Shown: positions 29,127 through 37,356, counted from the stretch's first letter. The stretch: 64,000 nt of DNA from Candidatus Eiseniibacteriota bacterium (GCA_041946735.1 JBHGAY010000003.1:150951-214950), one strand, 5' to 3'. Program-made: numbers and translations. Notes: generated by a model from the sequence alone, not told the origin.

Positions 29127-30874
29127 GAGAGGATTCCCTCGATCTCCGCGTAGATCTGCTCGTCGGTGAAGTGCAGGCCCTGGATCGCGCCGCTCGGACA
29201 GCCGGCGACGCAGGTCCCGCAGGCCTTGCAGACCGCGGTGGTGACGGCCGACACCTTCTTCTCGGGGTCGTAGGTGATCGCCCCGTAGGGGCAGAGGTCG
29301 TTGCACAATCGGCACCCGCTGCACAGGTTCTCGTCGATCGAGGCGCAGGCCGCGTCCATCTCCACCTCGCCGCGGATGATCAGCGACATCGCCTGCGCCG
29401 CCGCCGCGCCCCCCTGCGCGACCGAGTCGGGAATGTCCTTCGGCCCCTGGCAGACGCCGGCGAGGAAGATCCCGTCGGTCGTCGTGGAGACCGGCCCCAG
29501 CTTCGGGTGACGTTCGATGAACCAGCCGTCCGCGCCGACCGAGATGCCGAAGCGCCTCCCTGTCTCCTTCGCGTCGGCCTGGGCTTCGAGCGCCGTGCAG
29601 AGGATCACCATGTCGACCGGGATCTCCCGGAAGCGGCCGGCCAACGTGTCCTCGCAGCGGACGAGCAGGTGCCCTTCGTCCGTCCCGATCGAACGGACCA
29701 CCTCCGCCCCCTTGCCGCGGATCACGTTCACGCCCTCGGTCAGGATCCGTTGGAAGAACTCCTCGTATCCCTTGCCGAAGGAGCGCATGTCGATGTAGAG
29801 CTGGTACACCTCGGCGGAGGTCTTCTCCTTGACGAGGTGCGCGAACTTCAGCGCGTACATGCAGCAGACACGGCTGCAGTAGGGATGGTGCGCCTCGTCG
29901 CGGCTGCCGATGCAGTGGAGGATCGCGATGGCGCGCGGCTCGCTGCCGTCCTCGAGAACGACCTTGCCATTGGTCGAGCCGGCGGCGTTGTTCATCCTCT
30001 CGAATTCCATCGAGGTGATGACGTTCGGCAGCCGCCCGTAGCCGTACTGCTTGAGCGGCGTCGGATCGAGATCGCGGAAGCCGGTCGCAAGCACGACCGC
30101 CCCGACTTCCACCTCCTCCGTCTCCTCGACCGCCTCGTGATCGATGCATTCCTTCGGGCAGACCTGCGCGCAGACCTTGCATCCTCCGGTGCGGAAGTGG
30201 ACGCAGTACTCCGGCTGGATGTGCGGGACGTTCGGCACCGCCTGCCGGAACGGCACCGAGATTGCCGCGTTCGGCCCGAGATGCACCTCCGGGTGGACGA
30301 TCTCGCGACCCCTCGCCTCCTCCATGCGGATATGGCCGGTCGGACAGAGCGCCGCGCAAGCGCCGCAGAGGATGCAGGCGTCCGAGTCGACGGAGAACGG
30401 CGTCGTCACCGTGCGCTCGGCACCGCGCGAGGCAAAGCCGATCGCCTGCGCGCCGACGATCTCGTCGCAGACGCGCACGCACAGGCCGCACAAGATGCAG
30501 GTGTCCGTGCCCCAGCCCCAGCGCGGCTCCTCGATCCCGAGCTTCTTCCCCAGCTCGAGCAGGATCGGATGCGGCTTGCAGCGAGACATCAGCATCTCGA
30601 GGTTCAACCGGCGCGCCGCGAGAATGCGCGGGGTGTGGGTCAGGATCTCCATCCCGTCAGCGACGGGGAAGTTGCACGCCGTGACGACACGGTTGCGCCC
30701 GCGCTTGTCGAACGTCTCGACGACGCAGATGCGGCAGGCGGCGTACGGCTTGACGTACTTGAAGAAGCAGAGGGTCGGGATCTCGATTCCGAGCTGCTCC
30801 GCAGCCTGGAGGATGTACGTTCCCTCCTCCAGTGTGATCGGGCAGCCATCGATCCGGATCGTCGCCTGGGCCAT
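29123..30874 (-). CDS. hdrA: Fusion of a NuoG/HoxU-like Fe-S domain ([2Fe-2S] plus 2x[4Fe-4S]) with the C-terminal half of HdrA
   Basis: N part: IPTLC...ACRICVVE...TAC, CILCGLCVRVC, CILCGACAALCP. C part: PFRQAVP, C...CKVCAQVCP, VGAVVLATG, HCIGSRD...YCSRVCC, YIDMR, GPKDIPDSVAQG and a terminal 2x[4Fe-4S] ferredoxin. Confidence 0.9.
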   Translation of the reverse strand: MAQATIRIDGCPITLEEGTYILQAAEQLGIEIPTLCFFKYVKPYAACRICVVETFDKRGRNRVVTACNFPVADGMEILTHTPRILAARRLNLEMLMSRCKPHPILLELGKKLGIEEPRWGWGTDTCILCGLCVRVCDEIVGAQAIGFASRGAERTVTTPFSVDSDACILCGACAALCPTGHIRMEEARGREIVHPEVHLGPNAAISVPFRQAVPNVPHIQPEYCVHFRTGGCKVCAQVCPKECIDHEAVEETEEVEVGAVVLATGFRDLDPTPLKQYGYGRLPNVITSMEFERMNNAAGSTNGKVVLEDGSEPRAIAILHCIGSRDEAHHPYCSRVCCMYALKFAHLVKEKTSAEVYQLYIDMRSFGKGYEEFFQRILTEGVNVIRGKGAEVVRSIGTDEGHLLVRCEDTLAGRFREIPVDMVILCTALEAQADAKETGRRFGISVGADGWFIERHPKLGPVSTTTDGIFLAGVCQGPKDIPDSVAQGGAAAAQAMSLIIRGEVEMDAACASIDENLCSGCRLCNDLCPYGAITYDPEKKVSAVTTAVCKACGTCVAGCPSGAIQGLHFTDEQIYAEIEGILS

Positions 30875-30890
30875 CGCTCCTCCTGATCCT

Positions 30891-32930
30891 CTAGACGCTC
30901 ATCGACGCCGCGTCGGCTGCCGCCGACGCCGTTGCCGCCGCCTTGCGCTCCTTGACCGGTACCCACTGCTTGCGCGCGTGGTCTTGGACGATGTCCGCTT
31001 CCATCCGCTTCACGCGCTTGATCGCGTCGAACTTGCACACCTGGTAGCACGCGTCGCACTGAATGCACTTTGCCTGGTCGATCCGGTAGAGCCCCTTCGG
31101 CTCCCCGGAGATCGCCGTGGTCGGGCACGCCGCCACGCACTGGCCGTCTCCGATGCACGCCTCGCTGATCGCGTAACCGACGAGCGCCTTGCAGACGCCG
31201 GCCGGGCACCGCTTGTCGTGGATGTGCGCGTCGAACTCGTCCCGGAAATAACGGATCGTCGACAGTACCGGGTTCGGCGCGCTGCCGCCGAGCTGGCAGA
31301 GACTCGTGTCGATCAGCACGTTCCCGATCTCCTGCAGGGTGTCGATGTCTCCCGGCTCGCCCTCGCCCTGCGTGATCCGCTCGAGGATCGAATGGAGCAT
31401 GCGAAGGCCTTCGCGGCAGGGGAGACACTTCCCGCACGACTCCTCGATGAGGAAGTGGATGAAGTACTTCGCGACATCGACCATGCAGGAGTCCTGGTCC
31501 ATCACGATCATGCCGCCCGATCCCATCATCGAGCCGGCCTTTGTCAGTTCGTCGAAGTCGATCGGGAGATCGAGGAGCGACTCGGCCGCCTCGTCGACGG
31601 CCAGCTCGCCGCTCCGGACCATCGAGCGATGGATCTTCTCGTCGGCGGTCTCTACGATCAGCGTGCCCCCGGAAGGGCCACCGGTCTGGACCGCCTTGAA
31701 CTTCTTCTTTCCGGGGACGCCGCCGCCGATGTCGTGCAGGATCTCGCGGAGGGTGATCCCCATCGGCACCTCGACCAGGCCTGTGTTGTTGATTCTTCCT
31801 GTGAGCGCGAAGAGCTTGGTTCCCTTGGAATTCTCGGTCCCGATCGAGGCGAACCACGCCGAGCCGTTCTCGAGGATCAGCGGGACGTTCGCCCAGGTCT
31901 CGACATTGTTGAGGTTGGAAGGCTTGTCCCAGAGGCCGAACTCGACCGTGTGGACGTACTTCGCGCGCGGTTCCCCGATCTTCCCTTCGAGCGAAGCCAT
32001 CAGTGCGGTCGACTCCCCGCAGACGAACGCTCCGCCGCCCCGGCTGACGTCGATGTCGAAGGCGAAGCCGCTCCCGAAGAGATTGTCACCGAGCAGGCCC
32101 CGGGCCCTCGCCTGCTCCAGCGCAATCCGGAGGTTCTTTACCGCAAGGCGGTACTCATGGCGCACGTACACGTAGCCTCGATGGGAACCGATCGCGAAGG
32201 CGCCGATGATCATGCCCTCGATGACAGAGTGGGGATTCCCCTCCAGAACCGACCGGTCCATGAACGCCCCGGGGTCCCCCTCGTCGGCGTTGCAGATGAC
32301 GTACTTCGGCTCACCCGTCGCGTTGCGGCAAGTCTCCCACTTCTTGCCGGCAGGGAACCCGCCACCCCCGCGCCCGCGCAGACCGGACGCTTTGATCTCC
32401 TCGATCACCATCTCCGGGGACATTGCGGTCAGCGCCTTCGCCGCCGACTGGTAGCCGCCCAGCGCGATGTAGTCGTCGATCGAGTTGGGATCCATCATCC
32501 GATTCTTCCCGAGGATCAGACGCATCTGCTTTTTGTAGAAGGGGATGTCGTCCTCGAGCTCGATGCGCTTCTTCGTCGTCGGATCGCGGTAGAGCAGCTT
32601 GTGGACGATCTGGCCATGCTTGATCGTCTGTTCGAAGATGAGGTCGACATCCGCCGGCTTGATCTGCTGATAGAAGATCCCCTGGGGATGGATGACCGCA
32701 AGCGGCCCGCGCTCGCAGAAGCCGCGACAGCCGGTCAGCTTGAGACCGACCACCTCCTCGAGCTTCTCCTCCGCGATCTTCTTGCGAAACGCGTCCGCCA
32801 CCGCCTGGCAGCCGCACGCGTTGCAGCCGGTGCCTGCGCAGAGGTGGATCGAGAGGCGATTGCGGTCCTTCGCTTCGACCAAACGCGCCTGCAGCGCCTT
32901 GAGATCCTCGGGGCTCTTGATCCTCGTCAT
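30891..32930 (-). CDS. nuoF: NuoF/HydB-like FMN- and NAD(H)-binding flavoprotein subunit
   Basis: N-terminal thioredoxin-like [2Fe-2S] domain; GLRGRGGGGFP, NADEGDPGAFMDR, FVCGESTAL, GGPSGG, ESCGKCLPCREG, HIHDKRCPAGVC; C-terminal ferredoxin. Confidence 0.95.
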   Translation of the reverse strand: MTRIKSPEDLKALQARLVEAKDRNRLSIHLCAGTGCNACGCQAVADAFRKKIAEEKLEEVVGLKLTGCRGFCERGPLAVIHPQGIFYQQIKPADVDLIFEQTIKHGQIVHKLLYRDPTTKKRIELEDDIPFYKKQMRLILGKNRMMDPNSIDDYIALGGYQSAAKALTAMSPEMVIEEIKASGLRGRGGGGFPAGKKWETCRNATGEPKYVICNADEGDPGAFMDRSVLEGNPHSVIEGMIIGAFAIGSHRGYVYVRHEYRLAVKNLRIALEQARARGLLGDNLFGSGFAFDIDVSRGGGAFVCGESTALMASLEGKIGEPRAKYVHTVEFGLWDKPSNLNNVETWANVPLILENGSAWFASIGTENSKGTKLFALTGRINNTGLVEVPMGITLREILHDIGGGVPGKKKFKAVQTGGPSGGTLIVETADEKIHRSMVRSGELAVDEAAESLLDLPIDFDELTKAGSMMGSGGMIVMDQDSCMVDVAKYFIHFLIEESCGKCLPCREGLRMLHSILERITQGEGEPGDIDTLQEIGNVLIDTSLCQLGGSAPNPVLSTIRYFRDEFDAHIHDKRCPAGVCKALVGYAISEACIGDGQCVAACPTTAISGEPKGLYRIDQAKCIQCDACYQVCKFDAIKRVKRMEADIVQDHARKQWVPVKERKAAATASAAADAASMSV

Positions 32931-32946
32931 CGTCCCTCCGGCTCCT

Positions 32947-33528
32947 TCAGGAGCGGCCTTCGGCCGCGGTGGTCGCGTGCTCCGTGCCCGCCTGTTCGGG
33001 CCTCTCCGTGTCGGCGGGGGCCGCCGAGCCGGTCGCTCCGGCGGCCCTGTCGTCCTCGCGGATCGCGGCGAGCATTTTGTCGACGTCCGACACGGTCAGA
33101 TGGCCCCAGTACTTCTCGTCGGCGACGACGACCGGCCCGAGCGCGCAGGCGCCCACGCAGTTCACCGTCTCGAGCGTGAACATACCGTCCTTCGTCGTGT
33201 GGCCGCGGTCGACGTGGAGGTCGCGCTCGAGCTTCTCCACGATGCTGCGGGAGTTGCGAACATGGCAGGCGGTCCCGGTGCAGACGCATACGTGGTGCTT
33301 CCCACGCGGCTCGAGGCTGAATGCCTTGTAGAAGGTAGCTACCCCGTAGACCTGGGAGAGGGCGAGATCCATCCGTTTGCTGATCTGCTTCATCGCCTCC
33401 CGGGGGAGGTAATAGAACTCCTGCTGGACCTCCTGCAGGATCATGATCAGCGCGGTCGGCTTCGCCTCGTAGGAGGCGATGATCTCGTCGATCCGTTCGG
33501 ACATCCGATCCTGGGATTCCATCGGCAT
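32947..33528 (-). CDS. nuoE: NuoE/HydC-like [2Fe-2S] subunit
   Basis: YGVATFY, VCTGTACH and NCVGACALGP motifs. Confidence 0.95.
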   Translation of the reverse strand: MPMESQDRMSERIDEIIASYEAKPTALIMILQEVQQEFYYLPREAMKQISKRMDLALSQVYGVATFYKAFSLEPRGKHHVCVCTGTACHVRNSRSIVEKLERDLHVDRGHTTKDGMFTLETVNCVGACALGPVVVADEKYWGHLTVSDVDKMLAAIREDDRAAGATGSAAPADTERPEQAGTEHATTAAEGRS

Positions 33529-34545
33529 CTAGTCCTCCCTCACGCGCACGCCGGTGCGGCTGACGCGCGCCTCGTGCTTCTGTTCGGGGGCGAGAACGCG
33601 CGGGCTTCCTTCGCGATAGACGCGATCGCCGATCAGCATCCGACGCTGCGTCGGAAACGGGCGCGACGGGCAGGCCTCATAGCAGGTGCCGCAGCTGTTG
33701 CACTTGGTGACGTCGACGTAGCGCGGGTGCTTCTTGATCTTGACCTTGAAGTTGCCGACGTACCCCTCGACCTCCTGCACCTCCGCCATCGTCATGAGGC
33801 GGATGTTCGGGTGCTGCGCCACGGCCACCATCTTCGGCGTGAGGATGCAGGCGGCGCAGTCGAGGGTCGGGAAGGTCTTGTCGAAGTTCGCCATGTGTCC
33901 GCCGATCGAGGACTCCCGCTCGACGAGGATCACCTGGAGCCCCGCATCGGCGAGCTGAAGGGCGGTCTCGATTCCCGCGATCCCGCCACCAACGACGAGC
34001 GCGCGCGGCGTGATGTTCACGTGGCGCATCTCGAGCGGGGCGTGGAACGCGACGCGGCGGATCGCGGCGCGGATCTGCGCCGCCGCCTTGTCGGTCGCCG
34101 CGCCTCCATCGATCGTGACCCACGACACCTGCTCGCGAATGTTCGCCATGGCGAATAGGTAGCGGTTCAGACCGGCCTTCGCGACCGCCTTCCGGAACGT
34201 CGGCTCGTGCATCAACGGGCTGCACGCGGCGACGACGACCCGGTCGAGCTGCATCTCCCGGATGTCCTTCTGGATCAGCTCCTGCCCCGGGTCGCTGCAC
34301 ATGAATTTGTAGTCCCGCGAGACGACGACGTGCGGCTCGCTCTTCATCCGCCGCGCGACCTCGGCGACGTCGACGGTCTTCGCGATGTTCGTTCCGCAGT
34401 GGCAGACGTAGACGCCGATGCGCAGGGGACGGGACGGTGCGCGATCTCCGTTGCCGTTGCCGCTTCCCTTCCCGTTGCCGTTCCCGTTCCCTGCGTCGCC
34501 CGCACCGCCGCGTCCGTCCTGGGCGTTGCCGCTTTCGGGTGTCAT
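33529..34545 (-). CDS. hdrA: N-terminal half of heterodisulfide reductase subunit A (split HdrA)
   Basis: ATG 34545 overlaps the hdrB stop; IGVYVCHCGTNIA, AACSP, ANIRE, GGGIAG, FDKTFPTLDC and PRYVD..KCNSCGTCYEACP, then stop after about 45 aa. Confidence 0.92.
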   Translation of the reverse strand: MTPESGNAQDGRGGAGDAGNGNGNGKGSGNGNGDRAPSRPLRIGVYVCHCGTNIAKTVDVAEVARRMKSEPHVVVSRDYKFMCSDPGQELIQKDIREMQLDRVVVAACSPLMHEPTFRKAVAKAGLNRYLFAMANIREQVSWVTIDGGAATDKAAAQIRAAIRRVAFHAPLEMRHVNITPRALVVGGGIAGIETALQLADAGLQVILVERESSIGGHMANFDKTFPTLDCAACILTPKMVAVAQHPNIRLMTMAEVQEVEGYVGNFKVKIKKHPRYVDVTKCNSCGTCYEACPSRPFPTQRRMLIGDRVYREGSPRVLAPEQKHEARVSRTGVRVRED

Positions 34546-35420
34546 GCCGGCACCTCGCTCAGGCGACTGACGATCCGCCTGACATCGATCACCATCTGGT
34601 CGAGGAGCATCTCCTCCGCCGTGAAGCCGAGAGCGAGGCCGAGGAGCTGCGTGAAATAGACGATCGGAAGCCGGTAGGACGTCCCGAAGACCTTGTTGAT
34701 CTTCTGCTGGTACGCCTCGAGGTTCATCTGGCACATGGGGCAGGTGGTGATCAGAACTTCCGCGTCGCTCTGTACCGCCGCCTCGAGGATCTCCCGATTC
34801 AGCTTCAGCGCGACATCCTCGTAGGTCGTCATGAGCATCCCGCCGCAGCATCGAAGCTTTGCGCTGAACGGGACGACAGCGCCACCAATGGCGGCCATGA
34901 GATTGTCGAGCTGCTGCGGGTCCTCGCGATCGTCGAACCTTCCATAGGGACGGACGAGCTGGCATCCGTAATAGGGCGCGATGCGCACGCCGGTCAGCGG
35001 CCGGACGACCTTCTCGACGATCCTCTCGATGCCGTAGAAATCGACCAGGATCCCGAGGGGATGGAGCACCTCGATCGATGCCTTGTAGGAGAGCCCCACG
35101 GAGGAGAGCACCTCGTTGATCTTGTCCGCGTGCTCCTCGCCCCAGCGCATGTGCCGGTTCACCTTCGAGAGGATCGTGTAGCAGGAGCTGCAAGGGGCGC
35201 AGACGTTCATCCCCATCTTCTCGGCGTTCGCGAGGTTCCGCGCGCAGATCGAGTAGGCGGCGAGCTTGTTCATGGAGATGTAGGAGGTTGCGCCGCAGCA
35301 GTTCCAGTCGTCGATCTCGGTCAGGCCGATCCCGAGCTTCTGGAAGACGCGCCGCACCGAGACGTCATAGGGCCGGCCGGTTGCCTCGAGACTGCAGCCG
35401 GGGTAGTAGGCATATTCCAT
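34542..35420 (-). CDS. hdrB: Heterodisulfide reductase subunit B (two CCG domains)
   Basis: YYPGC, WNCCG, PCSSC, YYGC, RCCG and TCPMC motifs. Confidence 0.95.
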   Translation of the reverse strand: MEYAYYPGCSLEATGRPYDVSVRRVFQKLGIGLTEIDDWNCCGATSYISMNKLAAYSICARNLANAEKMGMNVCAPCSSCYTILSKVNRHMRWGEEHADKINEVLSSVGLSYKASIEVLHPLGILVDFYGIERIVEKVVRPLTGVRIAPYYGCQLVRPYGRFDDREDPQQLDNLMAAIGGAVVPFSAKLRCCGGMLMTTYEDVALKLNREILEAAVQSDAEVLITTCPMCQMNLEAYQQKINKVFGTSYRLPIVYFTQLLGLALGFTAEEMLLDQMVIDVRRIVSRLSEVPA

Positions 35421-35421
35421 C

Positions 35422-36018
35422 TCAGTTGTCTCCCAGCGATTCGGCTTTCTTCATGATCGCCCTCACCTCGTCGACGCGACGGATCGCCTTCGGTCTCGTC
35501 GCGAGGCGGTGGCGCCGCAACATCGTGATCGCGAAGCGTTGCAGGTCGGGGGAGAGAAGCTTCCGTGGTCCTGCCTCCAGGTAGTAGCGGAGTCCGAGCC
35601 ACAGCTCCCAGTTGCGGCCGAAGCGGCGGATGTTGCCGACGAACGCTTCGGAGAGCGCGTGCGCAGGAAATGTCCGCGGAAAGACCCCCTTCTGGGCAGC
35701 CACGCGCTTCAGCGCATAGAGGTTGTCGGTCACCCGGATCCCGACGGGGCAGCGGACGGTGCAGGCGTAGCACGACGCGCAGATCCAGATCGCGCGGCTG
35801 CGCAGGATCGGCTCGAGCATGCCGGCCCGGAACAGGGCGACGATCTGCCGCGGGGTGATATCCATCGCATGGGCGACCGGGCAGGACCCCGTGCAGCTCC
35901 CGCATTGGATGCAGTTCTTGACCTTGTATCCGTCAGGGAAGGTCGCGACCTGTTCGAGATAGGCGGCACGTAGGTCCGCTTCCTTCGGAGGGATGGCGGC
36001 AAGGGCGGCGTTGGGCAT
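35422..36018 (-). CDS. hdrC: Heterodisulfide reductase subunit C (2x[4Fe-4S])
   Basis: CIQCGSCTGSCP and IWICASCYACTVRCP motifs; GGAGG RBS before ATG 36018. Confidence 0.93.
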   Translation of the reverse strand: MPNAALAAIPPKEADLRAAYLEQVATFPDGYKVKNCIQCGSCTGSCPVAHAMDITPRQIVALFRAGMLEPILRSRAIWICASCYACTVRCPVGIRVTDNLYALKRVAAQKGVFPRTFPAHALSEAFVGNIRRFGRNWELWLGLRYYLEAGPRKLLSPDLQRFAITMLRRHRLATRPKAIRRVDEVRAIMKKAESLGDN

Positions 36019-36091
36019 CCTGCCTCCACGTTCTGCGCCCTGTGCGATCACGCAGCCTGTCCGGTCGGGCGCGATCCGGTGGCCGGCTGAC

Positions 36092-36109
36092 TTGTGAACT
36101 TCTTCTCAT
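36092..36109. promoter_or_regulatory. Putative Rex (NADH/NAD+ sensor) operator
   Basis: TTGTGAA-CTTC-TTCTCAT matches the Rex consensus TTGTGAA-N4-TTCACAA at 12 of 14 positions; about 75 bp upstream of hdrC. Confidence 0.6.
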
Positions 36110-36124
36110 GCAGGATCGGAGCCA
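36109..36124 (-). promoter_or_regulatory. Putative sigma-54 (-24/-12) promoter of the hdr-nuo-mvh operon
   Basis: Minus strand TGGCTCCGATCCTGCA has GG-N10-GC spacing and resembles TGGCAC-N5-TTGCW; oriented toward hdrC. Confidence 0.5.
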
Positions 36125-36371
36125 TCGGAAGGCGTGACCGCGTAGGCGGCTTGGTTGCAGTCGGTTGCCGAGGATCGGGAGGAAGCGGCGGCGCCAAAGC
36201 GGAGCAGTGCGTATGGGGCGATCCGCCTCACGATGGGGCGCATCGCCCCGTGGGTCATGTCGCGAGGCGATGGGGGAGCTGCGCTCGAGCCGTCCACGCT
36301 GCACGCACCGATATCTCGACGGGTGCCGCTAGCGGGCCGCGATCCTGTAGCGTGGCAGCAAGGAGCCAGCG

Positions 36372-36587
36372 ATGCGCAAGCAAGCCAAGAGAGGGTTACT
36401 CGAGGGTACCGAGCGCTGTCCGCACTGCCTGCAACTCCACGTCCTCGAGCAGGAGTACCGCTGCGTCCTCTGCGACGGGCCGGTCTGTCCCTTCTGTGTC
36501 GTGATCGAGGAGGGCGCCCAGGACATCCTCTGCCCGAGCTGCAGCGACGCCGAGCGACGAGGAAGAGGAAAGCCGCATGCCGGCTAG
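36372..36587 (+). CDS. Small zinc-finger protein with four CxxC motifs
   Basis: AAGGAG RBS; CPHC, CVLC, CPFC and CPSC in 71 aa; overlaps the start of ku1. Confidence 0.72.
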   Translation: MRKQAKRGLLEGTERCPHCLQLHVLEQEYRCVLCDGPVCPFCVVIEEGAQDILCPSCSDAERRGRGKPHAG

Positions 36588-37356
36588 AGCGATCTGGAAG
36601 GGTGTGCTCGCGCTCGGCGACGACATCGAGCTGCCGGTCAAGCTCTACTCCGCGGTGCAGGACCGCACGGTCCACTTCCGTCTTCTCGATTCGAAGGACC
36701 GCCAGCCGGTCGCTCAGGAGATGGTCGAGCCAGAGACGGAAGAGGAGGTCGCTGCCAAGGAGATCCGGAAGGGGGCCGAAGTCGAGCCGGGCGTGTTCGT
36801 TCTCCTGAAGGACGACGAGGTCGAGAAGCTCGAGCCGCCCGCCTCGCGAATCATCCAGATCGAGCGGTTTCTCAACGCCGGAGAGATCTCCCATCTATGG
36901 TACGAGCGGCCCTACTACCTCGGTCCGGACGAAGGGGGCGATCGGGAGTACTGGGACTTCGTCGAGGCGTTGGAGCGGACGGAGAAGGAGGGAGTCGCAC
37001 GCTGGGTCATGCGGAAGAGACGCTATCTGGGCTCGCTCAAGGCGATCGATGGTTTCCTGATGCTGATCACCCTTCGGTTCGCGGACGAGGTCATCACAGC
37101 GGAAGATCTTACCCCCCCACCCGGTCGCGATCTGGACGCCAAGGAGGTGACCATGGCGCGCCGGCTCGTGGAGGCGATGGCTGGGGAGTTCGACCCCGGG
37201 GAGTTTCATGACGAGTTCCGCGCACGGGTCCTCGAGCTGATCGAGGCAAAGAAGAAGGGAAAGAAGATCCGCGCGAGAAAGCCCGAGCGCAAGCCGCGCC
37301 CCGAGTCGCTGGCGGGCGCTCTGCAGGCGAGCCTGGCGGCGGCGAGGAAGCGATGA
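36577..37356 (+). CDS. ku: Non-homologous end-joining protein Ku (copy 1)
   Basis: RAIWKG, PVKLYSA, IRKGAEV, YERPYYLGP and TLRFADEV motifs. Confidence 0.92.
   Translation: MPARAIWKGVLALGDDIELPVKLYSAVQDRTVHFRLLDSKDRQPVAQEMVEPETEEEVAAKEIRKGAEVEPGVFVLLKDDEVEKLEPPASRIIQIERFLNAGEISHLWYERPYYLGPDEGGDREYWDFVEALERTEKEGVARWVMRKRRYLGSLKAIDGFLMLITLRFADEVITAEDLTPPPGRDLDAKEVTMARRLVEAMAGEFDPGEFHDEFRARVLELIEAKKKGKKIRARKPERKPRPESLAGALQASLAAARKR

Noticed and set aside
28620..30491. Upstream-extended starts in the ORF track (also 33529-35193, 18507-20171, 43217-47086, 47189-51097)
   Set aside because: The extensions overlap neighbouring genes and are Arg/Pro-rich noise. Internal ATGs with an SD or ATGA overlap were used instead.
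30891..33528. nuoEF as part of respiratory complex I
   Set aside because: No membrane nuo genes are nearby, and the extra N- and C-terminal Fe-S domains match soluble HydB/HoxF-type proteins.
33526..33531. In-frame TAG-ATG junction between hdrA(N) and nuoE as amber readthrough or pyrrolysine
   Set aside because: A GGAGG SD directly precedes the nuoE ATG, so coupled re-initiation explains it. No pyl genes are in the window.
33529..34545. Truncated hdrA as a pseudogene
   Set aside because: The missing half is intact 2.7 kb downstream, the recognisable motifs are retained in both pieces and the junctions are translationally coupled.
26136..35420. Selenocysteine in MvhA, MvhD or HdrA
   Set aside because: The relevant positions are Cys codons in uninterrupted frames (DPCFGC, CTWC, GCHPGDC, TLDC); no in-frame TGA is needed.
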